64,000 nt of DNA from an uncultured bacterium (GCA_963825135.1 CAWGRW010000009.1:416001-480000); one strand, 5' to 3'; counted from the stretch's first letter, positions 1 to 9,148 are shown. A program made the numbers and translations. Notes: generated from the sequence alone by a model not told the origin.

Positions 1-1034
1 TTGAGCAGGTCCTTGAAATCGAGCGCGGCTTTCCCGAGGTCGTTCAGCCCTTCTTTCCCGGCGGGCACTTTCAATTTTACGAGTATGTCCCTGTCCTGCC
101 CCCCGAAGAGGTCGCCGAGCTTTATCTCGGTAACGCCGTCCGGGGTTTTCGTGAACGTGTATCCGTAAATCTCCTCTATCTCCACGCCCGGCGCGAGCCC
201 GATCCTGATCACGGGGTCCTTGGCGACCGTGGCCGCGATCTGACCGAACTCCTTTTGGAAAATTCCCGCAAGCTGTGTCGGGGACTCTATGAAGTAGTAA
301 TTGCCCGCGCCGTATTCGGCGAGGTTCATCATGAGGTTCTCGTCGTAATCGACGCCAAGCCCCATAGTGGTTATGTGTATGCCCTTCTCCGATGCGCGGC
401 TCGCGACCCTGCCGAGCTCGCCCAGGTCCGTAATGCCCGCGTTGGCGAGCCCGTCCGAGAGCAGTATGACGCGGTTCACGTACCCGTCACGCTTGACCGA
501 TTCGAGCTGCTCGATCCCCATGACGAGCCCTCCCGACAGGTTGGTCGAGTCGGTCGGATAGAGTGCGTTCACCACGGACGAGGCCTTGTCCTTATCCGTG
601 AGGGCCTGTATCGGGTACAGAAGCTCGACGTCCGTCGAATACGCGACCACTGCGAGCCTGTCCTTTTTATCGAGCCCGGCGATTATCTGCTTCGCCGCCT
701 CCTTCGCGTACTCGATCTTCCCCTTGTCGTTCATGGAGCCGCTCCTGTCTATGACGAGCACCAGGTTTACGGGCGTCCTCTCTTTTAACTCCGCCTCCTT
801 CCCCTTTATCTTCATGTTGAGCATAAGCTCCCTGAGAGAGCCCGTCTCGACGTACGGGTGGCTCAATTTGATATCCCACGTCACCGTATCCGTATTCGAG
901 CTTGTTCCCGTATTCGTGTCCTGCCTATCCGGCTTTGGAATAGTCGGGAACGCCGATATGTATTTCCCTCCGGCGAGCACCGCTAATATAAGCAGAAAAA
1001 TTCCGATTATTACCTTGTTATTCGACCTGTTCAT
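1..1034 (-). CDS. von Willebrand factor A (vWA) domain protein, YfbK-like, membrane-anchored; 3' end runs off the window
   Basis: Not in ORF track (truncated). Manual translation from ATG 1034: MNRSNNKVIIGIFLLILAVLAGG (TM/signal)...VNLVLVIDRSGSM (MIDAS DxSxS)...TNLSGGL...VILLSDGLANAG...TTMGLGVDYDENLM. Start overlaps the pspA stop (ATGA). Confidence 0.9.
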   Translation of the reverse strand, partial: MNRSNNKVIIGIFLLILAVLAGGKYISAFPTIPKPDRQDTNTGTSSNTDTVTWDIKLSHPYVETGSLRELMLNMKIKGKEAELKERTPVNLVLVIDRSGSMNDKGKIEYAKEAAKQIIAGLDKKDRLAVVAYSTDVELLYPIQALTDKDKASSVVNALYPTDSTNLSGGLVMGIEQLESVKRDGYVNRVILLSDGLANAGITDLGELGRVASRASEKGIHITTMGLGVDYDENLMMNLAEYGAGNYYFIESPTQLAGIFQKEFGQIAATVAKDPVIRIGLAPGVEIEEIYGYTFTKTPDGVTEIKLGDLFGGQDRDILVKLKVPAGKEGLNDLGKAALDFKDLL

Positions 1035-1696
1035 TTCTTACCGCCTCCCTTGCCGAGATTCTTTTTCATGCTTTCCACTTCCTCACGTATGAGCCTCTCC
1101 TCGCGCTCGCGCTCTTCCCTCTCCTTTTCACCGTCTGAGACGAAGAGCACGGTCTCTTCCGCGACCCTCTCCTCGACCTTCCTGAAAATATCGAACGGCC
1201 CTTCGGCGAAAGCGCCCGCGCATCCGGTGATGTCTTCCTTCGCCGCGGGCGCTCCCTTCATGACGCCGATCTCTTTGAGAAGTAGAGACCTCTTCGTCTT
1301 CGCGTTCTCTACCCTCCGTTCGAGGTCCGCGTAGCGCGCCTCATACTCCGCGAGCCTGGCCCTGTCGCCCGACTGCGTAAGGGCGAGCTTCCTCCCCTTG
1401 TCCTCGAGCGTCCTCCTTTTTCTCACGGCCTCGACCGCGTTCTCGTCCATGCTGCGCCCCGCGTAGTCTATGGCCCTCTCCCGCCAGTACTCCTCCTGCT
1501 CCCCCGTCCTCTTCGAGAGCTTCTCCTGCTCGTCTATCCTGAACCTGAGCGCCCCGATCTTCACCCTCGCCCTTTCGAGCCCCTCCTCCATCTCCTCGAC
1601 GGCCTGGTTGAGTATCTTCTCCGGGTCCTCCGCCCTCGACACCCAGTCGTTCAACTGGGACTTCACGATGAGTCCGACTCGTTTCTTCAATCCCAT
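1031..1696 (-). CDS. PspA/IM30 family protein
   Basis: MGLKKRVGLIVKSQLNDWVSRAEDPEKILNQAVEEMEE matches the PspA N-terminus (EDPxKxLxQ); long coiled coil; AGGAG RBS ahead of ATG 1696. Confidence 0.85.
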   Translation of the reverse strand: MGLKKRVGLIVKSQLNDWVSRAEDPEKILNQAVEEMEEGLERARVKIGALRFRIDEQEKLSKRTGEQEEYWRERAIDYAGRSMDENAVEAVRKRRTLEDKGRKLALTQSGDRARLAEYEARYADLERRVENAKTKRSLLLKEIGVMKGAPAAKEDITGCAGAFAEGPFDIFRKVEERVAEETVLFVSDGEKEREEREREERLIREEVESMKKNLGKGGGKK

Positions 1697-1732
1697 AACT
1701 TTTCTCCTTACTACTGCGGATTTAATGATTAG

Positions 1733-1758
1733 TACGAACGGGGGGGAGGAAAGATTTA
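1733..1758 (-). promoter_or_regulatory. Putative ECF sigma promoter for pspA-vWA (TAAATC-N16-CGTA)
   Basis: Minus strand TAAATC tttcctcccccccgtt CGTAC; nearly the same as the motif upstream of the sigma gene. Confidence 0.6.
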
Positions 1759-1783
1759 CACACGCAACGTGTCTCCGCGATTG

Positions 1784-1806
1784 TCGCGGCTGGAAGCCGC
1801 TCCTGC
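1784..1806. repeat. GTAG-family REP-like element (single copy)
   Basis: Reverse complement GCAGGAGCGGCTTCCAGCCGCGA; nearly identical to 3783-3805. Confidence 0.75.
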
Positions 1807-1881
1807 AACCGTGAAGATTTATTATTGCAGGAAGTACCGCCACATCTCCGGATAGGACATGCCAAGAATGATTATTAATAT

Positions 1882-1928
1882 TGTCATTTCGACCGGAGGG
1901 AGAAATCCGTTATTGAAGCGAAATGACA
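1882..1928. repeat. Short palindromic element with 10-bp terminal inverted repeats
   Basis: TGTCATTTCG...CGAAATGACA enclosing ACCGGAGGGAGAAATC. Confidence 0.6.
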
Positions 1929-1968
1929 TCGGAGGGGCGTACAGGTGGGACAAGCTAAAACAGGGACG

Positions 1969-2982
1969 TTAATTTACAGGCGTAGGCCCGGGCGTGGGGC
2001 TGGCGCTCCCGAGCTTCAGCACGGACTTCTGCCTCAACTCCTGGATCCGGGAATCGGCGTAGGAGCTTTCTCCGGGTGAGACCTCGCGGAGCTGCGTGTA
2101 GTTCGCGACGGCCAGGTCGAGCTTCCCCTGCCTCTCGTAGCACTCGGCGAGAGAGCGGTAGGACCGGGCGCGGACGTCACCGGGCAGCTCAGGGGAGGAT
2201 TGCAGAAGCGTCTCGTTCGTCCTTATCGAGGCGTCGCAGTCCCCTTCGGTCTGCTGCCTGAGCGCGAGGCCGAGGAGGCCGCCGTAATCCTTTGACGCGA
2301 CTGCCGATAGGGATTCAGCCTGCGCGAGAGGCCGCGCGGGTGAGGATTTTTTGGCCGCCGCTTCGAGGGGCGCCTGTCCTTTGGCATCGGAGTCCTCTCC
2401 GGTGGCTGCAGTCGTGCCCGGCGCTTCGTCGGAGAGGGAATACATATCCGCCTGAGGAGGCGCAGGAGCCGCAGGCCTCCCCTCGTCGGCCGCCCCTCTC
2501 TCGCTTATCGCGGACGAAGATTCGGCCTCGACGGGATATTCCCTCTTCATCTCGGGCGCGGCCTGTCCCCTGGTTTCAATTCCGCTCCCCGTCTCCTTCA
2601 TTTTGTTCGCCATTACGTCGCGGGACACCATATCCGCGTACCTCCCGCCGCCCTGTCCGTAATAGAACCAGACCGTAAGCGCTATGGCGGTCGTGAGCGC
2701 GGGGATCAGTATCGGAGAAAGGGGAAGCCTCCTCCAGAAAGGGCGCTTCTCGCGGGCGACGCTGTCCCCGGCGGCTTTAGACAGCCTCGACACGACCTCA
2801 CGCGAAGGCTCGGGCAGAACCGATTCCTCCGTGACCACCCTCCTTATCTCGGCGTACTCCTCGAATTCGCGAGAGCACTCCTCGCAACCACCCAGGTGCG
2901 CGGCCACGGACTCCCTTTCTTCAGGGCCGAGCCCGCCGTGTATGTATTCAATTAATAATTCGCTGCATCTCCCGCAGTTCAT
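1969..2982 (-). CDS. Zinc-binding (ZAS) transmembrane anti-sigma factor with C-terminal TPR-like helices
   Basis: N-terminal C..HLGGCEEC (HxxxCxxC), one TM segment near aa 92-110, low-complexity linker, TPR-like SLAECYERQGKLDLAVANYTQL; directly downstream of an ECF sigma. Confidence 0.85.
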   Translation of the reverse strand: MNCGRCSELLIEYIHGGLGPEERESVAAHLGGCEECSREFEEYAEIRRVVTEESVLPEPSREVVSRLSKAAGDSVAREKRPFWRRLPLSPILIPALTTAIALTVWFYYGQGGGRYADMVSRDVMANKMKETGSGIETRGQAAPEMKREYPVEAESSSAISERGAADEGRPAAPAPPQADMYSLSDEAPGTTAATGEDSDAKGQAPLEAAAKKSSPARPLAQAESLSAVASKDYGGLLGLALRQQTEGDCDASIRTNETLLQSSPELPGDVRARSYRSLAECYERQGKLDLAVANYTQLREVSPGESSYADSRIQELRQKSVLKLGSASPTPGPTPVN

Positions 2983-2991
2983 ATTATCCCT

Positions 2992-3624
2992 TCACACCCC
3001 TTTCGCTTTCTGTCTTTCCTCGAAATATCCGGACTCCGCGAACACCCGCCGGAGACCCTTGTACGCGTATCTCAAACGGCTCTTTACCGTGCCGAGCGGC
3101 GACTCCGTGACCTCGGCTATCTCCTCGAACGAAAGCCCTTCCACTTCCCGCAATAAAAATACTTCCCTGAACTCCTCTTTCAACCCTCTCACGCCTATAT
3201 CGATAAGCTCCTTCACCTCGAGGTCAAAAGCCCTCTCCTCCTGGTCCCTGTCCCCGCTCCTGACCATGTCTATCACCACCGCGCCCCCCTCACCGCCCGC
3301 AAGCGGCGCGTCGAGCGAGCTGTGCCTCCTGTAGCTCTCCGTACGCAGATAATCTATGCAGTGGTTCCGCGCTATGCTGTAGAGCCACGTCGAGAATTTC
3401 TGCCCCGGGTCGTAATCCTTCCTCCGCTCTATCACCTTCATGAAGATTTCCTGGAGCAGGTCCTCGGCCTGTGCCTTCTGCGCGCCGGTCATCTTTATAA
3501 TGAACCTGAGCACGCCGGCCCCGTGCCGGCCGAGGAGGAGGTCGAAGCTCCCCTCGCCGCCGTTTTGAAATTTCCGCATCGCCTCTTCGTCCGATAACCC
3601 GCTTTTCGTATTTATTCCAAACAC
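2992..3624 (-). CDS. ECF RNA polymerase sigma factor
   Basis: Region 2 AEDLLQEIF...FSTWLYSIARNHCIDYLR; region 4 LREVEGLSFEEIAEV...GTVKSRL. Confidence 0.95.
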   Translation of the reverse strand: MFGINTKSGLSDEEAMRKFQNGGEGSFDLLLGRHGAGVLRFIIKMTGAQKAQAEDLLQEIFMKVIERRKDYDPGQKFSTWLYSIARNHCIDYLRTESYRRHSSLDAPLAGGEGGAVVIDMVRSGDRDQEERAFDLEVKELIDIGVRGLKEEFREVFLLREVEGLSFEEIAEVTESPLGTVKSRLRYAYKGLRRVFAESGYFEERQKAKGV

Positions 3625-3663
3625 CGGATACCCGTCTCAGCTCATATCTGATATACCATTAAT

Positions 3664-3691
3664 TATACGATGGAAAAGGGAGAAAGTTTTA
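3664..3691 (-). promoter_or_regulatory. Putative autoregulatory ECF promoter (TAAAAC-N16-CGTATA)
   Basis: Minus strand TAAAAC tttctcccttttccat CGTATA about 40 nt upstream of the sigma start; resembles SigW-type TGAAAC-N16-CGTA. Confidence 0.65.
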
Positions 3692-3746
3692 ATGTTTCGC
3701 CCTGCTGCCTTACGCGAATCATTTGCTCCGTCAATCTCCTACCCCT

Positions 3747-3805
3747 GTAGGAGCACCATCCTGGTGCGATAATCAGGTTCAATCGCGGCTGGAAGCCGCT
3801 CCTAC
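3747..3805. repeat. Inverted GTAG-family REP doublet (REPIN-like)
   Basis: GTAGGAGCACCATCCTGGTGCGAT - 11-nt spacer - ATCGCGGCTGGAAGCCGCTCCTAC. Confidence 0.8.
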
Positions 3806-3950
3806 GGATTTGAGGATCGGGAATCTCCAGGAATACTCGTAGAGCCGCGTCGAGATGAAAAGTGAGCTGCACGAAGGATTACATCCTTGTTGAATTGCTG
3901 CGCCTCTTAAAGTAGATTCGTTTATCTCATTTTCGAGTGAGGGAAGGAAA

Positions 3951-5660
3951 CTGACGACCAAGCCGAAGGACCTCATATACTCAGTCGCGGAAATGCCCCC
4001 GATTGGGAGGCTAATCCCGCTCGGATTCCAGTTCACGGTCTATATAGCGGTCACGCTCGTCTACATCGTCCTCATCGGGAAGGAAGGCGGGGTCAGCGAC
4101 GGCGTCACGGCGAGCGCCATAAGCATGGGCATGATCGCCATTGGCATAGCGACGATGCTCCAGTCCCTGTGGATAGGCCCCGTCGGCTCCGGGTATTTTG
4201 CATCCCCCGTTTTCTCGGCCGTTTACCTGGGCCCTTCGATACTCGCGGTCAAGGCGGGCGGGCTCCCGGCCGTGTTCGCCATGACCATATTCGCGGGGGC
4301 GGTCGAGGTCGTTCTCTCGATATTCCTCCGCCGCCTGAAGCCCGTATTCCCCCCGGCGGTGTCGGGGTTCATAGTCCTCGTCATAGGGATAGAGTTGGGC
4401 CTCGTCGCGCTCGACAACTTCCTCGACATAAAAGGCCTCGGCAAGCCCGCGTACACGGAGAACCTGATAGTCGGCGTCATCGCGCTCTCTATAATTATGG
4501 GGTTCAGCGTCTGGATGAAGGGCATACTCAGGCTCCTCTGCTCACTCTTCGGAATCGCCGTAGGTTTTATAATCGCGGTCTTTCTCGGCATAATCCCCGA
4601 GAATTCTATCGCGCTATTCAAAAGCTCCGCCGTCTTCTCTCTCCCTGACCCTTCATACATTTCATACAGCTTCGACCTCTCCCTCGTCCCCGCGTTCCTC
4701 ACTGCGGGCATAGCTGCGTCGCTCCGGACGATAGGGGTAATCACCACGGCCGAGAAGATAAACGACTCCGACTGGAAGAGGCCCGATTTCGGCCCGATAA
4801 AGAAGGGCATGCTCGCCGACGGCATCGGGTGCATGCTGGGAGGGCTCATGGGCGCGCCCGGTATGAACGCCACGCCCGGCATAGTGGGCATCTCCCAGGC
4901 CGCGGGCTCGACTAGCCGGTACATGGCCATCCCGACGGGCATATTCCTCATCGTGCTCGCGTTCTTCCCCAAGATATCCGCCCTCTTCCTGATGCTCCCG
5001 CTATCGGTCGTTGGCGCGTCGCTCATGGTGAGCGGGGCGTTTATGATCTCGGGCGGCATCCAGATAATGACCGCGAGGAACCTCGACTCCAGAATGACGT
5101 ACGTGATTGGAATCTCGCTCCTGCTCGGCGTTGGAAGGAAGGTGTTCCCCGGCTACTTCAACGGCTTCCCCGAATGGCTCAGGCTCATGACCGATACGAC
5201 GCTCTCTCTCGCCCTGATTTCATCGGTCGCGCTCGTCCTCATATTCAGGCTCGGCATAAAGAAGAAGGACGTATTCATTTACGACGAGGCGTGCCCGTCC
5301 TGCGAGCGTCTCAGGGAGCGCCTGAAAGACCGCGAGAAGGAATGGAGGCTCGACGGCGAGATAATAGACCACGCCGTCTCCTCGACTGAGCAGATAATCG
5401 ACCACCTGACGGAGGCGAATCTCCCGCGCGGGCCGATAAAGATCGAGGCGGGCTATGACGAGGTGTACCTCGAAATAATCATCGAGTACAAGGGGACACT
5501 CCTCGCGCTCCCGGCCGTCGGGGCGAAGCACGGCCATTTCATGGAAGAAGACGCCTTCGTACACGGCATAAGGGATTTTCTCACCGGGGTCTATCCCGAC
5601 AGGATAGAGACCTCGGCGAAACACGAGGACGTGAAGATAAGGCTGTTCTTTAATGTGTGA
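3951..5660 (+). CDS. NCS2 (xanthine/uracil permease) family transporter with soluble C-terminal extension
   Basis: Multiple TMs, FPPAVSGFIVLVIG, GMLADGIG, FFPKISAL. Start may be CTG 3951 (LIYSVAEMPP, RBS GGAAGGA) rather than ATG 3993. Confidence 0.85.
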   Translation: MTTKPKDLIYSVAEMPPIGRLIPLGFQFTVYIAVTLVYIVLIGKEGGVSDGVTASAISMGMIAIGIATMLQSLWIGPVGSGYFASPVFSAVYLGPSILAVKAGGLPAVFAMTIFAGAVEVVLSIFLRRLKPVFPPAVSGFIVLVIGIELGLVALDNFLDIKGLGKPAYTENLIVGVIALSIIMGFSVWMKGILRLLCSLFGIAVGFIIAVFLGIIPENSIALFKSSAVFSLPDPSYISYSFDLSLVPAFLTAGIAASLRTIGVITTAEKINDSDWKRPDFGPIKKGMLADGIGCMLGGLMGAPGMNATPGIVGISQAAGSTSRYMAIPTGIFLIVLAFFPKISALFLMLPLSVVGASLMVSGAFMISGGIQIMTARNLDSRMTYVIGISLLLGVGRKVFPGYFNGFPEWLRLMTDTTLSLALISSVALVLIFRLGIKKKDVFIYDEACPSCERLRERLKDREKEWRLDGEIIDHAVSSTEQIIDHLTEANLPRGPIKIEAGYDEVYLEIIIEYKGTLLALPAVGAKHGHFMEEDAFVHGIRDFLTGVYPDRIETSAKHEDVKIRLFFNV

Positions 5661-5932
5661 ACTCAAAAAAGGTACACCCTCACCCTACCTGTTTTGGATT
5701 AATCGGCAATGTGCCGGGTATATAAGCTCTTCTCTGCCATCGGACAGAGGCGACCGGATGCTTTCACTTGCTCGCATTCGTTCCCTCAAGGGAGAGGGAA
5801 ATACTTTGGATGAACGATCATGTCTAGCTGATGAAGCAGTGAATCATTGTTACGCACCCCCTCACATTAGAAAAAAATCCCCGATATGGCATAATTATTT
5901 CTCCCTAAACACATAAGCCAAGGAGGAGTTTC

Positions 5933-7339
5933 ATGGCCAGCAAATCTACGAGAACAGAATACGATTCGATGGGGGAGATGGAAGTCCCCTCGAACGCATA
6001 TTACGGAGCCCAGACGGCGAGGGCGATAGAGAATTTCCCCATAAGCGGCATACGCAAGCACAGCCTTCTCATAAAGGCGATGGGGATGATTAAACTAGCC
6101 GCCGCCGAATCCAACATCCAGCTCGGCATTCTAAGCAAGAAGGCCGGGGCCGCTATAGTAAAGGCGGCGAAAGAGGTCATCGACGGGAAGCTCGACGACC
6201 ATTTCGTGCTCGACGTCTTCCAGACGGGCTCCGGGACGTCGACCAACATGAACACGAACGAGGTCATCGCCAACCGCGCGAACGAAATAATAGGCGGCAG
6301 GAAGGGGGACAAGTCCGGTATCCATCCGAACGACCACGTGAACATGGGGCAGTCGAGTAACGACGTCTACCCGACCGCCATACACGTCTCCGCAATACTC
6401 GCTATCAACGACCTCCTCCTGCCCTCGTTAAGGAACCTCGAGAAGGCGCTCTCGGCCAAGGCGCGCGAGTTCGACAAAATAGTGAAGATCGGTCGCACGC
6501 ACCTCCAGGACGCGACGCCGATAAGGCTCGGACAGGAATTCAGCGGCTACGCGAGCATGATAAAGCACGGGATCAAGAGGGTCGAGCACGCGAGGGAAGA
6601 GCTTTCGGAGCTCGCTATCGGCGGCACGGCCGTGGGGACAGGCATAAACACGCACCCGAAATTCGCCGGGCTCGTCGCCGGGAGACTCGGCAGGATGACG
6701 GGCACGAAGCTCTTTGAGGCGGAGAACCATTTCGAGGCTCAGGGCTCGAAAGACGCCGTTGTCGAGGCAAGCGGGTCACTCAAGACCCTCGCCGTGAGCC
6801 TTATGAAGATCGCGAACGACATAAGGTGGCTCGGGAGCGGCCCCCGCTGCGGCATAGGGGAGATAATGATACCGGCCGTCCAGCCGGGCTCGTCGATCAT
6901 GCCGGGCAAGGTGAACCCCGTAATCCCCGAAGCGGTGTGCCAGGTCGCGGCTCAGGTAATAGGGAACGACCTTACGATCACGATAGGAGGAACGTTCGGC
7001 AACTTCGAGCTAAACGTCATGATGCCGGTCAAGGGCCACAACCTGCTCCAGTCGATAGAGCTTCTGGGCAAGGTCTCCCAGGTATTCGCGGATAAGTGCG
7101 TGAAGGGGATAAAGGCCGATAAAAAACGGTGCGAGGAGATGATAGAGAAGAGCCTCGCCATGTGCACGAGCCTCGCCCCTGTAATCGGATACGACAGCGC
7201 GGCAAAGATAGCGAAAGAGGCGTACGAGACCGGGAAGACGGTGAGGCAGGTGGCGCTCGAGAAGAAGGTGCTGCCGGCGGAGAAGCTGAAGCGGTTATTG
7301 GACCCCTGGTCCATGACCGAGCCGGGTACGAAGAAGTAG
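5933..7339 (+). CDS. fumC: Fumarate hydratase class II
   Basis: QTGSGTSTNMN, HPNDHVNMGQSSND, GRTHLQDATP and the GSSIMPGKVNP signature. Confidence 0.95.
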   Translation: MASKSTRTEYDSMGEMEVPSNAYYGAQTARAIENFPISGIRKHSLLIKAMGMIKLAAAESNIQLGILSKKAGAAIVKAAKEVIDGKLDDHFVLDVFQTGSGTSTNMNTNEVIANRANEIIGGRKGDKSGIHPNDHVNMGQSSNDVYPTAIHVSAILAINDLLLPSLRNLEKALSAKAREFDKIVKIGRTHLQDATPIRLGQEFSGYASMIKHGIKRVEHAREELSELAIGGTAVGTGINTHPKFAGLVAGRLGRMTGTKLFEAENHFEAQGSKDAVVEASGSLKTLAVSLMKIANDIRWLGSGPRCGIGEIMIPAVQPGSSIMPGKVNPVIPEAVCQVAAQVIGNDLTITIGGTFGNFELNVMMPVKGHNLLQSIELLGKVSQVFADKCVKGIKADKKRCEEMIEKSLAMCTSLAPVIGYDSAAKIAKEAYETGKTVRQVALEKKVLPAEKLKRLLDPWSMTEPGTKK

Positions 7340-7366
7340 AAGGGGGCTTTGCGAAAAGCATACGGA

Positions 7367-7448
7367 AAATCCCCCTGAATCCCCCTTTTCCAAAGGGGGA
7401 GAGTGACTTTAATTCCCTCCTTAGAAAAAGGAGGGTTAGGGAGGATTT
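7367..7448. repeat. Paired palindromic CCCCCTTT-N-AAAGGGGG-type intergenic repeat
   Basis: AAATCCCCCTGAATCCCCCTTTTCCAAAGGGGGA followed by TTCCCTCCTTAGAAAAAGGAGGGTTAGGGAGGATTT; related copies at 15476-15566. Confidence 0.8.
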
Positions 7449-7491
7449 GAATTTACGCCCTTTCAAACACGAGCATTATCGGAGGCAAACG

Positions 7492-8277
7492 ATGAACGTA
7501 AAAGAGCTTTTCGATCTCTCGGGCAGGACGGCAGTGGTCACGGGCGGGTACACGGGAATAGGCAGACAGATGGCGCTCGCGCTCGCCGAAGCAGGGGCTG
7601 ACGTGGTCGTATGCGCGCGGAACCTGGAGGGCTGCGTGGTCACGGCCGAAGAGATCTCGAAGAGCACGGGGGTGAAGACGCTCCCTCTCAGATGCGACGT
7701 GTCCGTCGAGGCGGACGTGATAAAGATGGTCGCGGACACGGTCGCGGAATTCGGCAAGCTCGACATACTCGTCAACAACGCAGGCATCGCCATGGGCGGA
7801 CTGCCGGAAGACACCTCGCTTGAGGACTGGGAAAAGGTCCTCCGCATAAACCTCACCGGCACGTTCTTATGTTCGAGAGAGGCCGCGAAGAAGATGAAAA
7901 AGGCCGAGCGGGGGAAGATAATCAACATCTCCTCCGTCATGGGCTACCAGACGACGAGCGTCGTGAGCGCGCCTGCCTACGTGGCGTCCAAGGGCGCCGT
8001 GGTCACCCTCACGAAGGACCTCGCCGTGAGGTGGATAAAGCACAACATCAACGTAAACGCGATTGCGCCCGGATGGTTCCCGACCAACATGACCGAGCCC
8101 GTGATAAGCCCCGAATTCATGGACAAGGGGTCAGAGCTCCTCGCTTCGATCCCCGCGGGGAGGTTCGGGGGAGAGGACGATTTGAAGGGGGCGACGGTGC
8201 TCCTCGCGTCGAGGGCGTCTGACTACATCACCGGGGAGATCATCGTAGTCGACGGGGGGACGCTTTCGAGTTATTGA
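7492..8277 (+). CDS. Short-chain dehydrogenase/reductase (gluconate 5-dehydrogenase-like)
   Basis: TGGYTGIG, NNAG, YVASK, NAIAPGWFPT; RBS GGAGG ahead of ATG 7492. Confidence 0.92.
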   Translation: MNVKELFDLSGRTAVVTGGYTGIGRQMALALAEAGADVVVCARNLEGCVVTAEEISKSTGVKTLPLRCDVSVEADVIKMVADTVAEFGKLDILVNNAGIAMGGLPEDTSLEDWEKVLRINLTGTFLCSREAAKKMKKAERGKIINISSVMGYQTTSVVSAPAYVASKGAVVTLTKDLAVRWIKHNINVNAIAPGWFPTNMTEPVISPEFMDKGSELLASIPAGRFGGEDDLKGATVLLASRASDYITGEIIVVDGGTLSSY

Positions 8278-8351
8278 TGCGCTGAATGCGCGCCCGAATC
8301 ACAGACGGCTGCCCGCTTCTTCCGGGCCTGAAACCGATACATATCCACTAT

Positions 8352-8381
8352 CTATATTTACACGAACTATATTTACACGAA
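8352..8381. repeat. 15-bp perfect tandem duplication
   Basis: CTATATTTACACGAA x2 in an intergenic region. Confidence 0.8.
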
Positions 8382-8537
8382 CCCGCGCGTAACAGCCGCG
8401 GCATAACCCCTGCCATTTAAAGGAAAACCCGTACCGGGAAACTCGCGAGACCGGCCGCCCGGAATTACCGGGATCGAGCGTATATGAATCCAATGGCCGA
8501 TTTCGCGTGTCTAAGACCGTATATAAGGAGAACAAGA

Positions 8538-8927
8538 TTGAGAACATTAATACCTTTTATACTGATAATGCTTGCTGCAACATCCTTCTCGGCCGCCGGG
8601 GACAACGGGAAGGGAGACGAAGGGCTCCTGGCTAAAGCCGAAATCCATACTCTGAGCGTTCCGTATAACATCCGGGAGGACGAGACGTTTAAGAGGAATT
8701 ACGCGCCCCGCGGCGGGGACGCCGGAAAAGATCATCGATCGGATGCGGGCAGGGACGATATTTCTCAGGCCGTCAAAAACGAGATGGAGTCCGAGAGGAA
8801 TTCCGACCCGTCTTACCAAGCGTCTTCGTTCAAGGTCGAGGACATCCCGCTGGTTATGTCGAGCGCGGACAAAAATACCATCAGCGTCGTACTGCCGCCG
8901 TTTCTTTATTTCAAGACGCAGTTCTAG
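8538..8927 (+). CDS. Hypothetical secreted protein
   Basis: AGGAG RBS then TTG 8538; signal-peptide-like LIPFILIMLAATSFSA; ends LYFKTQF. Confidence 0.6.
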   Translation: MRTLIPFILIMLAATSFSAAGDNGKGDEGLLAKAEIHTLSVPYNIREDETFKRNYAPRGGDAGKDHRSDAGRDDISQAVKNEMESERNSDPSYQASSFKVEDIPLVMSSADKNTISVVLPPFLYFKTQF

Positions 8928-8974
8928 TACGTGGAAGTTATCGTAACCGGCGGCATTTCATCCGTGTATCGAAA

Positions 8975-9148
8975 TCAGAAATCTTCATAGGCGAGCCTGA
9001 ACGCTTCCTTCCCGTCCTTCTCTATAATGTCCTTATGCGCGAGCAGCACCCGGTCGAAGGGCGGAGTTTTTCCTTCCCCGCCATTACACAATTTGCGGCG
9101 GGTGAGCACCCGCAGGCGTACGACCTCGAGCATCTCCTTTCCCGTCAT
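8975..9148 (-). CDS. Small hypothetical protein (possible fragment)
   Basis: 57 codons with host-like codon usage; no recognised motif. Confidence 0.3.
   Translation of the reverse strand: MTGKEMLEVVRLRVLTRRKLCNGGEGKTPPFDRVLLAHKDIIEKDGKEAFRLAYEDF

Noticed and set aside
255..1092. Plus-strand ORFs 255-788 and 586-1092
   Set aside because: Antisense shadows of the minus-strand vWA gene, which the ORF track missed because it is truncated.
1697..1843. N-terminal extension of pspA in the ORF track
   Set aside because: Runs through a REP and the putative promoter; RBS and homology support ATG 1696.
7129..7491. Long N-terminal extension of the SDR ORF
   Set aside because: Overlaps fumC and translates a palindromic repeat (PLNPPFPKG); real start 7492.
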